Of a stretch of 64,000 nt of DNA, positions 36,860-49,140 are shown in pieces. Below the pieces are notes generated by a model. That model made no database searches. It was not told the DNA's origin and saw nothing but the letters and a program-made list of their open reading frames with translations. The position numbers and the translations under genes are program-made. Position 1 is the first letter of the stretch. Each line of letters begins with the position of its first letter. The DNA is from Negaprion brevirostris (lineage: Eukaryota), in the NCBI GenBank assembly GCA_030324005.1, contig JARDVH010000025.1, forward strand, positions 84,606,364-84,670,363, written 5' to 3'.

Positions 36860-38390
36860 TGAGCGTAGACTTTCATGAGAATTTATAGCCCTCGGGGGTA
36901 GAGAATTCCAAAGATTCACACACTTCTGAGGAAACAAATTTCTCCTCATCTCAGTCCTAAGTGGCTTTCCCTTATTTTGAAATTATGTCCCCTGGTTCTA
37001 GACTCCCCAGCCAGAAGAGATCACCTCTTATCCAATTTGGTTTCATTTATTATTGTCACACGTATTAGTATACAGTGTAAAGTATTGTTTCTTGTGTGCT
37101 ATACAGACAAAGCATACCGTCTATAGAGAAGGAAATAAGAGTGCAGAATGTAGTGTTACAGTCATAGCTAGTGTGTAGAAAAAGATCAACTTAATGCAAT
37201 AAAGGTCCATTCAAAAGCCTGGCAGCAGGGAAGAAGCTGTTCTTGAGTCGGCTGTGCGTGACCTCAGACTTTTGTGTCTTTTTCTCGATAGAAGAAGGTG
37301 GAAGAGAGAATGCCCGTGGTGGGTGGGGTCCTTAATTAAGCTGGCTGCTTTGCTGAGGCAGCGGGAAGTGTAAACAAAGTCAGTGGATGGGAGGCTGGTT
37401 TGTGTGATGGATTGGGCTACATTCACAACCTTTTGTAGTTTCTTACTTCCTTCAAAATTCCAGAGAAAGCAGGCCCAGTTTCCCCAGTCTCTGTTCATGG
37501 CACAATCCCATTATTCCGGGAACAAGTCTGGTGAATCTGTATGGTAATGATATCCTTCCGAAGGTAGGGGAGCCAAAACTACACCTGGTACTCCAAATGT
37601 GGTCTAACCAATGTTCTATACAATTCAAGCAGGACCTGCTACTCCTCAACTCAAATCCTCTTGCGATAAAGGCCAACATTCCATTAGCCTTTCTAGTTGT
37701 TTGCTGCACCTGCGTGTTAGCTTTCAGTGACTTATTAATGAGGACACATCTTTTTGAAGATCTACACTTTGTAATTTCTTACCATTTAACAAACACTGTA
37801 CATTTGTTCCATCTGCCAAACCGGATAACTTCACATTTTTCCATAGTATGTTCTAGCTGCCAAGTTCTTCCCACTCAAATTGTTCAATTCCTCTTGAAAC
37901 TGCTTTGCATCTTTCTCACAACACACATTTCCAGCTGGTTTTGTGAAACTTGCAAACCTGGAAATATTGCATTTGGTCCCCAAGTCCAAATCATTGATTT
38001 ATATTTTGAATAGCTGGAGTCCAAATTCTGATCGTTGTGGAACCCCGCTAGTCACGGCTTGCCGATGTGAGCATGACCCCTTTATTTCTAAACTTTGTTT
38101 TCTTCCTGTTAGTCAGTCCTTAATCCATGTCAGTATATTACCTTCTATCCCATGTGCCTTAATTTTGTTAACTAACCTCCTGAGGGAACTTTGTCAAAAA
38201 CCTTCCAAAAATGCAAGAACACTATGTCTAGTGAATCTTCCTTATCAATTCTGTTAGCAGCATCCTCGAAAAACTCCCAATAGGTTCTCCAAACATGATT
38301 TTCCATTCATTATTATCACATCCTTTATTATAGATCTTAGCATTTTCCCTGCTACTGATGTAAAGCTAACAGGCCTGTAATTCCATTTTT
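36860..38390 (-). mobile_element. CR1 RT and 3' region, split by a nested Rex1-like insertion
   Basis: KANGMLAFIARGFE.., GVPQRSEFGLQLFKIYINDL-like RT motifs on the minus strand. Confidence 0.85.
37046..37445 (-). mobile_element. Rex1/Babar-like LINE 3' end
   Basis: KKLQKVVNVAQSITQTSLPS..VYTSRCLSKAASLIKDPTHHGHSLFHLL.S.KR; terminus ..GTGTGACAATAATAAA. Confidence 0.75.
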
Positions 38391-38537
38391 GCTCTGCTGC
38401 TCAGGTGGACATGTATCATGAGTTAAATATAGTTTCCTTCAACTGTCTGTTGATGAAGATGTACCGACAAAATGTCCTAAGACAACTGAACAAAGTTTGC
38501 ATTTTTGAGTTCTTAATTTTGGCAAATTATTTTACAG

Positions 38538-38581
38538 ATCTGCAAGAGATGAATTTGGTTCAGTCATTGGAAAATGTATAG
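38538..38581 (+). CDS. NBAS: NBAS coding exon 6 (44 nt)
   Basis: SARDEFGSVIGKCI. Confidence 0.93.
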
Positions 38582-39655
38582 GTATTGTACCAGTTAAAAT
38601 TCTGTACTGTACTTAAAAGGGATTAATTATAGGATTGCTGGAAGATGGGACTTAATTATTGTCTTTTCCTCTGATCAATGGTAATCAATGGCCATATTTA
38701 AGTGGTGCAACAGTAAAACAAAATTGTAAAAATAGCCCAACTTGTGGTTAACTTCCAAAACTGATCATTGAGTAGATTTTTGCTACTTAAAAATCTGTGT
38801 CATGACATCTTGTATGTCCAGTTGAACAAATTCTTTGCTCTGCATATATTCTCCCCAAGTAATTGTTATTGCTTAAGTTATGGCTGGAGTTTTCCATATT
38901 CCCTTTCAGCCGATGTGTTTTACTGGGCCTCTTTTAAGAGTTTTCTCGTACCTTTTTACCTATAATTCGGTAATCTTTTCCACATTGGAATGATTGAAAT
39001 TCATTCAAATGTTTGCAGCTTAATGATGCTTTTATAAGTTTAATAAAGGACTGAAATAAAAAAATTAAAATGAAGAGGTGGGTGAGCCCGAGAATCGCGT
39101 TTATTCGGTTGTTGTTATTTCTGAAATTTGGCACATGTACTGTGGGCTGAATGGCCTTTTTCAATGCTGTGAAATTCTACGATTAGTGGTTAAAATAGTC
39201 TCCTTGGCCCAGATAAGTCACAATTGCAGATCATGTTGTATGCAGTGTTTTTTGTTTAAATTAGAATTCAAAAGAAACTTAGTCTAGCTACTTTATTTTA
39301 TTTGCATAATTTTTAGTATGCAGCAAGCCAGTTTTTATAAACTGCCCTAATTGCCATGGCTACCTAAGTTTGGTCGATAGATACTGCATTTGCACGATAT
39401 TTTGTGCAATGGATCGAGTGATAATTAGGTTAATAGAGTCACCATATTGTCATTCATTAGGGAACTGCTTCAAGAAACTGACACTAAATAAATGATCTAC
39501 CTGATCACTAATTTCTTTACAATGGTTTTTCAGGCAATGGGGTGAAAGGCAATCTCCTTTTCACAACATACAGCTTTAATATATTTTATTAATGATATGT
39601 TTTTGATTGTAGAAAGTTTAGAAATTTTGGTTTTGTTCTTTGTTTCTGTCCTTAG

Positions 39656-39789
39656 TTCCAAAAGACCCACACCCCCAGTGGCGTTGTGTGACATGGAGTC
39701 ATGATTGTACACTGCTGGCTTGTGCTGAAAGCACAGGAACAGTGAGAGTGTTTGACTTGATGGGCAGTGAAGTTTTCGTCATTCTACCG
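39656..39789 (+). CDS. NBAS: NBAS coding exon 7 (134 nt), beta-propeller region
   Basis: VPKDPHPQWRCVTWSHDCTLLACAESTGTVRVFDLMGSEVFVILP. Confidence 0.96.
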
Positions 39790-40604
39790 GTAATACAGAA
39801 ATTTATCTTGTATTTTTCTACATGTGAATGTGCACAGTACTGTTCTGTGAAAGTAATATGTTTATGTTTTGCCTGTTCTAGGCTTATGTTGGGAAATCTA
39901 CACCCAATAAATTAAAAACAAACTGAAAACATTGGGTTTGCGGGAAGTTCAGGGGAAATTATCGGGATAAATGAAATAATTTAAAATATTAACAATTGAA
40001 TGCATGCTGTTTTAATTTTTATGCAGTCATCATTAGATAATAGCACTTCAGAGCAACCGAGATTGAGTCATTTGGTCAAATTTCTTCTTTACAGAAAATA
40101 TACTGTATTTTCTGGCTAAAATGAATGCTTCCCATCTTGTTTTGGTGATCATCTTTGCCAATAATTTTAAACAAAAAGCCTATTCAATGTGATGTGGTAT
40201 TTGTACTAAAGAAGTCTTCATGCCAGTATCACTGACTCGCAATAAAAAAAATCAAAACTTCGATCAGTGGAGGTTGAAACAATGTGTTAGCATGCTGATT
40301 GCGAGGAATAGAACTCAGCTATCTAGCTGAAAAACAGGTCGATATGGTATGTCCTGTTTCTGCACAGAATGAGAAAAAAGCGCTGGTGGACAGATCTGAG
40401 CTGTTTCAGGGCATTGACATCGACATGTTGATATGAAAAATTGCCGACCTGTGTCCTGCTGAGAGGACAAATTCAATCCAGCTAATAGCTACCTTGTCTC
40501 CTTTACTCTCAATCATCAGCAAATTAGTGGGAAGTGTCATTGACAGTGTTATCAAGTGGCACTTGCTCCTGTGTAACACATAAATAACACATTTTTTTTT
40601 TAAG

Positions 40605-40738
40605 ACTGCTAGTTCTGCAGGTGACCTTAGTTATGCTGTGGCAGGATTGATATTCCTGGAACCCAGTGACAGTGCTGAATGTTCAACAGAGCTTCTGGTT
40701 GTGAACTATCGCGGACAGTTGAAAAGTTACTTGGTCAG
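40605..40738 (+). CDS. NBAS: NBAS coding exon 8 (134 nt)
   Basis: TASSAGDLSYAVAGLIFLEPSDSAECSTELLVVNYRGQLKSYLVS. Confidence 0.95.
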
Positions 40739-41580
40739 GTAAGATGTAGACTTTTGAGATGGAGGCATTTCAACTGTACAGATATATGAGCTGGTGGCAT
40801 GTGCAGATCTTGATCACTTCTATTTCTGAAATTATGTACATATATGTTTACAATGATCAGTGCACAGAACTGACACCTTGCTGAAAAACTTACTGAAGCC
40901 GATTCATAAATTAAATCCAGATTTAAGTTTAGATTTACCTTGGGAACATGAAATCATTAAATAGTGAAGTTTATTTAAGATAAATGCAGAAATAAAAGTG
41001 TTAATAATTATTAACCATTGCAGTATTTCTTCACGATACATACTAGTTCCTTTAGATAGCCACTGGGATGTCATGTTGTCATTGTTTATCATGAGTATTA
41101 ACAAATGTGAAATCTAGTAGAGAAAACAGAATGAGAGGCATAGAAAAATGAGATTGAGGGAGCTAAAAGAAACAAAATGTTTTTATTTAAATTTCATTTT
41201 AATTTTTCAACTTTTTAAGAATGCTCAATAGTAATTAACATCTGAAGGCATGAGACTCCCTGATGTCCAGAGAAGTTGTCTGGCATGTTGTTAAAATTAA
41301 CTTACATTTGAACAGCCAAGGCCTTTATTGGTATTGTATGGGTAAAAATGTTGAATCTGTCACAGAAGTACTGATGTCACAAAATTATGGTGGAGCAGAG
41401 CAGCTTTCTAATTTCCCCATTTAACTGCGAATGTGGAAATGCTGGAGGTGGCTGTTCAATATTCTCAATAATAGCGAACACTGATACCACAACAAGCTCT
41501 TGCTGCAAAATCTGGGCAATTATCTGGAACATTTTCATAAATCCTGGAATTCTTGGGTCTTGTTTTCCTCTCCCCTGTAG

Positions 41581-41679
41581 TGTTGGAACCCATCAAAGTT
41601 ACCAAGAACGTCACAGCTTCAATTTTAACAGCCATTATTCTCATGGTGTTAGCACAGTGATCTATCATAGTGACCACAG
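41581..41679 (+). CDS. NBAS: NBAS coding exon 9 (99 nt)
   Basis: VGTHQSYQERHSFNFNSHYSHGVSTVIYHSDHR; TAG and GTGAGT boundaries. Confidence 0.95.
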
Positions 41680-42220
41680 GTGAGTATACTTTTGTGCTTA
41701 TTGTTTTCTGCCTTATTAATGTGTTCTTGCACATTTGGCAAGTGAACACAAGCATGTTGCTCCTAATTAAGCTAGGCACATTCTTTACCTTACATAAAAG
41801 GAAAAAAAATATTTGCATATAATCAGGCTTCAGATTGAAATTATAGTAGTCTTCCAAAGATGTCAGATGGACAAATTAATATTGACTTATTTTAACTTTT
41901 CCCTTTTTACTCCAGGTGAGACATGTTAAAATGAGGTTCAGCACTGTACTAAAATCTAAATTATTTTAAGGAGCAGCTAGGAAGGTTATAAACTGTATTT
42001 TAATCTCTCGTGTAGCTTCTTTTGTACCCTTTACCCAATATCAGAAAAATCCAAACAAAAAGGGATATTTTTTGGAATGTTGATGTAAAAATCTTTTGCA
42101 GATGTATGGTTGAGCTAAGGAAAAGGTAGTGCACACTTTTTTTTTTACAAGTACCTTTATCCCTGCATGCAAAAGCAATTCTTTAATACTATACTAAGGG
42201 GAAAATTTATAATAATACAG

Positions 42221-42359
42221 GTTACTGCTGGTAGGAGGCTGTGAAACCAGTGAAGAAGGAGTTTCTAAAGCTGCCAGTTATGGAATAACTGCCTGGCGGG
42301 TTCTTTCTGGTGCTCCCTACTACAAACAGGTCACCAACTACGAGGATGATGTTGGTGCT
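42221..42359 (+). CDS. NBAS: NBAS coding exon 10 (139 nt)
   Basis: LLLVGGCETSEEGVSKAASYGITAWRVLSGAPYYKQVTNYEDDVGA; GTAAGT donor. Confidence 0.95.
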
Positions 42360-42763
42360 GTAAGTAGCAAACTTTTTTTGGCTTTTCACAATAAGCAACA
42401 CGTTTATTGTATTAATAGTCATATATGAAATAACTTTGGTTAAATATTGTATCAAAGTATAAATTGATACCGTGTTACCCATAAATTTCACAGTTCAAGT
42501 AAATTGCTGCAGTTAGGTGAATTTTTGATTCTGTTGCACAATCATTCATCTGAAGAACAGAAAATCATAGGACAGCACAGCACTGAAGAAGTCTATTCAG
42601 CCCATTAAGTTTGAAGAACAGTGAAGAGTTAGTCCCACTCCCCTGCTATTTTTTAACACATATATCAGATTTATTTTGGAAGGCTATTATTGACAATGAC
42701 AAAAAAAACTGGAAAAACTATTTAGATTTTGCTTGTTCAATATTCTTCAAGATCAGGGATCAG

Positions 42764-43058
42764 GATCAGGTGGACAAGTCCCCAGGACCGGATGGAATGC
42801 ATCCCAGGGTTCTGAAGGAAATGGCAGAGGTGATAGTAGATGCCTNNNNNNNNNNNNNNNNNNNNNNNNNNNNNNNNNNNNNNNNNNNNNNNNNNNNNNN
42901 NNNNNNNNNNNNNNNNNNNNNNNNNNNNNNNNNNNNNNNNNNNNNAGAAAGCGGGAAAGTGGAACTGAGCCACTTCAGATCAGCCATGATCTTATTGAAT
43001 GGCAGGGCAGGCTTGAAGGGCTCGATGGCCTACTCCTGCTCCTATTTCTTATGTTCTT
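42764..43058 (+). mobile_element. Young CR1, body collapsed in gap
   Basis: DKSPGPDGMHPRVLKEMAEVIVDA before the gap; CR1 tail after it; AGGAT on both flanks. Confidence 0.88.
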
Positions 43059-43339
43059 AGGATTCAGCATTACGGGTAGAACTGAAGCGGGATATGTTCA
43101 CATAACAGATGGACTGCTGGTTAGGTCTCCACAGGAAACTTGCACTGTTGAGTGAAAATTTAATCATAATTACTTTATTTATGACTACTGCCTTGCATAA
43201 TGAGCTACTTGATTGGACAGCAGCAGAGAATCACCTCATTCTCCCTGTGACTGCTGTAGATGTTGTAAAAATCAATGTGGGATATATTTTTGTGATTGGA
43301 AGTCACCCATAAAAGCATCCATGAGGTTCAGAGCTAGAA

Positions 43340-43870
43340 TTCTTACTTTGAATGATGATATTCAAATTTTGTACCCATACTTGTGCTGAACTCTATCCCA
43401 TGGGCTTCAGTTTTGCTAACTAGCCTAATAAATGCCAGTTTATAATATGCCTTCTAAAAGTTCATCTTCACAATTTCAGCTGCACTATCCTCATCCACCC
43501 TCTCTGCCTCTTCAAAAACCTCAATCAACTTGATCAAACGTATTTTTTCCCTTTAAAAGTTCACGACGACTTTCAACTATTAGCCTATTCTAGTCCAATA
43601 ACATTTCTTTTATTGTTTCTAGAAATTTCTCCACTACCAACATTCTGTCTAGCCTGTAATTCTGTCCCTCCTTTTCTGCTTGGGTGTGTAATATATCCAA
43701 TGCTTTGACACATCCACCTATATCCAAAAAGGTTTGGAAGATTGTGGCCAACACTTTCAGGGTTTCTACCCTTGAGCCCCTCAGCAACGTGGATGCATCC
43801 TGTCTATCCACATTACATACTGACTGCCCTTCTAGTATTGTCTCTTTATTCTTCTTTCATCCAGTATCTT
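43340..43870 (-). mobile_element. Decayed CR1 RT fragment
   Basis: NYRL..LVVEKFLETI-like translation on the minus strand. Confidence 0.6.
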
Positions 43871-44038
43871 GACAAACCTCTTGCTTACCATGCTTTGGCA
43901 AAATCCACTTACTTGATCAACTATGTATTTAAATAAAAACTCTTTATTGCCAAAACAAATTTCTTTCAGAATTTCAAAGTCATTAAATCCTGTTTGTTCA
44001 ATCCAACCAATTAACTGTGTCTTGTGCTTTGTTTTCAG

Positions 44039-44101
44039 AAACAAAGAGGTTTATTAAGGATGCTTAATTTCCGAGGCTTTTGGAGACGGGAATCAAAGCA
44101 G
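44039..44101 (+). CDS. NBAS: NBAS coding exon 11 (63 nt)
   Basis: KQRGLLRMLNFRGFWRRESKQ; polypyrimidine tract plus CAG, GTATG donor. Confidence 0.9.
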
Positions 44102-44334
44102 GTATGGTTGCATGAAAATGTGATCATTTACACTCTGGAGGCTGCCTGGGAAAGTTCAGTTTTTTTTGTCAGCCTTTTAAAAAATTTTAGCTCAATGGGA
44201 AAACGCACCCTAATATTAAGAAGCCCAATTGGCCTCCGAGCAGGTAGGCTGCCTGCAAATCTTCCAGCCCCAGACTTGATCGGAGGGCAGCTGGATGTAC
44301 CAGACACCTTCATCCTTCCCCTAATCGCATTTTA

Positions 44335-44590
44335 CTTTTATTCATTGTCCAGCATTTATTGCCCATCCATGGTTGCCCTTGACAAGGTGGTGGTGAGCTG
44401 CCCTTTTGAATTGTTGTAAGCCACGTGCTGTGGGTTGACAATGCCGTTAGGGAGGGAACTCCAGGATTTTGACCCAGCAACTGCGAAGGAACAGCGTTAT
44501 ATTTTCAAGTCAGAATGATGAGTGGTTTGGAAGGGAACTTGCAGGCGGTGGTGTTTCCATGTATCTGCCACCCTTTTCCTTCTAGATGTC
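44335..44590 (-). mobile_element. CR1-group LINE 3' end
   Basis: CCAGCATTTATTGCCCATCC..GGTGGTGGTGAGCTGCC family. Confidence 0.8.
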
Positions 44591-45176
44591 CTTCTACATG
44601 GCCCAACCCCTGCCTGTAAACAGCAATACATTTCACCTCTTCATGAGTTGGAACCATCCTGTTGGCTTCTCCTTTGAAATTTTTTTGCACAACTTGCGTA
44701 AGATGTAAAAATAGTGACCATTTTTCTCTGGCCCTGTGTTCCTCAACTGAAGCAAGTGCCAGTGCAACCATCTCTACCTATCAAATTATCTGTACTGTAC
44801 AAACTGTGCTTTTACTCTCTGTTGAGCATGACTTGTTGATGCTTCATTATACCACAAATTCTGTCTGTATTCTACACTTTGACAAGCTATCATTAAGTTC
44901 AAAGAATGTGCCATGTTGTAGACTGGAAGCTAATGAGGAAGGTTGGGTGCCAAAAGAGAATGAAAGTTCCAGACACTTTTCCCAGCCATTCAGTAAACTT
45001 TGTTGTTCTTGCAACAGTCTTATAACCAAGATCATTGAAGTTTTAGATGCCAGAGTTTTGGAGGCTATTAAAGTTCTTCAGTACTTTTACTGTCTCTTGT
45101 GTGACCAGCCAGCTTCAGATCTGCCATTTCAGTTTTCTACTAAAAGGATCTGGATTGTGTTTAAAACCTGCATTTG

Positions 45177-45996
45177 GGGGGAGATTTTTACCATTTTGAT
45201 TCTAAGTGCTAAATCTGGGCATGATTCCGATCCAACTTGTAAACCTGTTCTCAGGCGCTCCCATATGCAATCAGCCTGAACAAAAAAGTCACAAATCTGA
45301 ATCACGCTGTGGAGGCTTATCATGTCTGTTTCTCCATTCAGAGCCTTCAACTGCACATGTGCAGTGAAACAAATTTGAAAATCGCTCCCCTGTCACGTTA
45401 CTGTCGGGCTGCAAAAAGCAGATAAAGTAGCCTGGGAGCGATGGCCCCCACAGATATTGCCCCGCAACATAACTGTTCCCCTTATCCATCTACCCCTCCC
45501 ACTACCCAGATCGATTATGACCCACGCCCCCCTTTTTCCCACCGATTTGCCTGCAGAATGGCAGCGGTCCCATCTCATCCCCCACCCACCCGCCGCCCGC
45601 TTGCCAGCAGAAAGACACTGGTTTCCCCACACCNNNNNNNNNNAGAGAGCCTTTGGAAGCTCTGAACTTGCCTCGTCAGTAACTGGAGCGCCCAAAACAG
45701 ACCTTTGACGAGCATGTCTATTTCACGCCGAATCTGGACAGGCGAACACGATGGTAAAGGGGGAAATGCTGGTAAGATTGGGCTCCCAGCTGATTAGGTC
45801 AATTTAAATGCATGCAAATACATTTAATTTGATGTTGTGCCTGTTTCGGACATGGTTCCAATTGTGGCCATTTTTGGGTCTTGGTAAAGTGAGAATCTGG
45901 GCAGTCATGGGTGCGGGTCTCGCTATTCACTTCACGCTTGACTTTACTAAGTTTTTGTGCCCAAAAATGGCGCAACACAATGGTAAAATCGGGCCC
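45177..45996. mobile_element. PIF/Harbinger-type MITE
   Basis: Imperfect TIRs GGGGGAGATTTTTACCATT and AATGGTAAAATCGGGCCC; 3-bp TTG on both flanks; no transposase ORF. Confidence 0.7.
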
Positions 45997-46604
45997 TTGG
46001 TGCCAGCTCTTGGGAATTCTCTTCTGAAAGCAAAATCATATGTAAAAGCCCAATCTCACAGCTAGAGGGCAGTGTATGCCACTCTAGTTAATGAACACCA
46101 TTGGATATAACAAATGCGATATCAAATGAGAGACGATCAGTGTTTTCCTGATAGAAGATTCTCAGTTAATGCTATGAGTAATCATAACCAAACAATCGTG
46201 CATTATTACAATTGTTGACCAGATTTACCAAAGCACAAAATTGGTGAGCCTAGTTAGTAAATTTGAATGCAGGTTTTGATTTGGATATGATGAACGCAAA
46301 TGACTTGCGGTTAGGGGATTGAAAAATTAGCTGTGGATAATCATAGAACTGAATAAAACTATTGACATCTGAGTGTGCTGGTAGGAAATTGGAAGAAATG
46401 TGATGACGTCATCATGAACACATGCTGTGACTTGTGACTGTATAGTTGAAATACTGAAAGAATAAATCTGAAATGCTGATGTGTTCATGAGTCCGTTTGC
46501 TGGTAAACCAAGCCAACTCATAATCAAGGCGTAAACTGTCAATAATAGTGATCTTGTTTTAAAAATGTAAAAGACTCAGTGGGGGCTTTCTGCTGCTATT
46601 TATA

Positions 46605-46751
46605 GTCAGGTAAAGTCACCATAGCCCCTGATGACCATAGACTGCTCTCTCTTTTGAGAGGGAGAACTGACTGTGGGTGATTTTTAACGTGAAGGTTATC
46701 AGACCTCAAGCGAGGGGCAAGATTGAGAATGTGGGCCTTCGTAAATAACCT
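46605..46751 (-). mobile_element. SINE fragment of a different family
   Basis: GTAAAGTCACCATAG..GATGACCATAG.CTGCT..GAGGGGCAAG.TTGAGAA resembles a recurrent elasmobranch repeat (recalled); single copy in this window. Confidence 0.45.
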
Positions 46752-47683
46752 ATTGCATGATCATTCATTTGAAGAACAGAAAACCATAGGATAGTACAGC
46801 ACTGAAAGAGTTCGTTCAACCCATCAAGTTTGTGCTGAGCAATGAAGTGTTAGTCACACTCCTCTGCTCTTTTTCTCAATGTATTTATCTTTGAAAGCTA
46901 TAATTCAATCTGTGATAAAGAATGGTGGAAAATCAATTTAGATTTTGTTCGGCCAATATTCTTCAAGGTCAAGGATCAGGATTCACAGTTTATAGCATTA
47001 CACTACTGTACTCCTTTTACTATTAAACTGTGTTTAAATGAATTTCTATTAGTAATTTTAAAATTAAAAGACATTGGTGCGTGTTTTACAATTGGAGTCA
47101 TTACTCGCTTATTAAAGTGTAAAAGTGCTGTGCTGGTGTTATTTATTACCAAACAAACTGTTGCTAAAAAAGTATTTTGTAAGTTTGGAGTGTAATGCCT
47201 TCAGATTTTAATTATTGTTAAATTGTTTTAATTGTTTTTTACTTGATCTTTCGGTCTCTTCGTGTCTTTCTCTCTTAATATCATCTGATTTACCCTCTGT
47301 ATTTCTGCAGCTTTTGCAAGAGATTTGACATTGGTTTTTGTATCTAACCAATGTTAAAGATTCTAAATGTTAAGGAAGTCCTTGCCCTGTTCACACGTAT
47401 CTGAGATCACCTGTATAGGGTGCTGCAGTTAAATGGGTTTTTAATCCCCACGGATTCTAGTGCAAAAGCCCATAACAGATGCATAGACTGTTAAATGGCT
47501 GGTGCCTTTTGTTCACTAATGACCACAAAATTCAGGCTAATAAATTCACTTTTATATATCTTCATTAGTGCACATTGTTAGTGTTAATGTTGCTTGCATT
47601 ATGTTTCTTTGATAGGTTAATTTTAAAGTTGAGGGGATTCCATTTTTAATCACCTCAACTATTGTCTTTGAATGTTAAGACAA

Positions 47684-47969
47684 GGGTGGCGCAGTGGTTA
47701 GAACTGCTGCCTCACAGTGCCAGGTACCTGATTTTGATTCCCGGCTTGGGCCACTGTCTGTGTGGTGTCTGCACATTCTCCCTGCGTCTGCGTGGGTTTC
47801 CTCCGGGTGTCCTGTTTCCTCCGACAGCCTGTAAGATGTGCTGGTTAGGTGCATTGGCCTTGCTAAATTCTCCCTCAATGTACTCGAACCCTCGCTGGAG
47901 CGTGGTGACTAGGGGATTTTCACAATAACTTAATTTTAGTGTTAATGTAAGCCTACTTGTGACACTAAT
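47684..47969 (+). mobile_element. tRNA-derived V-type SINE, tail variant B
   Basis: A-box TGGCGCAGTGG; tail ..GTGTTAATGTAAGCCTACTTGTGACACTAAT. Confidence 0.88.
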
Positions 47970-48374
47970 TTAAGAAAAGGTAATTACCTTTATTTGTATT
48001 TTTATCATATAAAATAATGGCACAACTTTGTTTTAAAATGACATTGCCTTTTCACGTGCTGCTTCTTTATCATGATCATGCTCATGGACAGTTTGGCAGG
48101 TTCTTTGTTGATAGACTATATCAGCTAGCTTTTTCTGATATGTGGATTTCCTGTGGTGTAATCAGAATTGAGCTGAAATTTGCCCCCGCTTTGGAAATAA
48201 ACTGATTAACGTTGAGGTGATAGTATCTGTGGAGGAGGAAAAGGCTTGAAGAGCCGAATGGCCAACTCCTGCTCTAGTTTCTAAGTGTTTGGAATCTGAG
48301 TATTATCTTGTCTCATTTTGTATTGTTTGGCAATGTTTTTCACCATTGTTTGCTGCTCGTGCCCTGTTTTGCAG

Positions 48375-48453
48375 GATGGAGTTTTCAAAATGAGTTTGTC
48401 TCCTGATGGGACACTCCTGGCCGTCATCNNNNNNNNNNAGACAAGACGTACAG
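48375..48453 (+). CDS. NBAS: NBAS coding exon 12, interrupted by an assembly gap (48429-48438)
   Basis: DGVFKMSLSPDGTLLAVI - gap - RQDVQ|GTGAA. Confidence 0.88.
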
Positions 48454-49003
48454 GTGAAAATTGCATTTTCTTTTTAATACAGATAACATATAAATGGAGT
48501 TCTATGATATGCTGCTTTTAGCCAAAACAAGGTAGACGTGAACATGGAAGGGTGAGTCAGTCCCATTCCTCTGCTGTCTATCCATCATGCTGCAAGTTGA
48601 TTTCCCTCAAGTGTCCATTTAATGTCCTTTTGAAATCATTGATCACCTCTTTTTACAGCATTCTCCATGGGTAGCAAGTGCCATGTCATTACCACTTGCC
48701 CACATTTCCCCCTCTCCCTTGCATCTCCATAAATCTTCATCTTCAAGTCTATATAAATTGTAGCAAAAAAGTGTTGGAGACAGTTTTAAAAAATGTTTTG
48801 TGTCTCTTGTTTGCTGGCTATTCGGTGCCATTTTCTCCCGTACCCATTGTTATAGCACATTAGAAGTTTCTGTGCCACCATTGAAAAAAATAATGTCTAA
48901 TGCAGCTCTTTGGCATCAGAAAAGAAGTGGAGGCAGGGGAGTGAAATAAATATGGAAGAAAATATGTGAAGTAATAATCTTGAGAGTTTTATAAGAAAAG
49001 TAA

Positions 49004-49140
49004 GAAGTCTTACAACACCGGATTAAAGTCCAACAGGTTTATATGGTGTCACAAGCTTTTGGAGCGCTACTCCTTCCTCTGGTGTTGTGAGACTTCTTAC
49101 TGTGCTCACCGCATTCCAATGCTGGCATCTCCACATCAGG
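49004..49140. mobile_element. Short fold-back Penelope-like insertion (family A)
   Basis: GTAAGAAGTCTTACAACACC inverted to GGTGTTGTGAGACTTCTTAC; TSD TAAGAA(A/C)AGTAA at 48992-49003 and 49141-49152. Confidence 0.8.

Noticed and set aside
44662-45279. 205-aa ORF in NBAS intron 11
   Set aside because: Starts at a TTG rather than ATG, has no domain similarity I recognise, and runs across a MITE boundary at 45177, consistent with a chance ORF.
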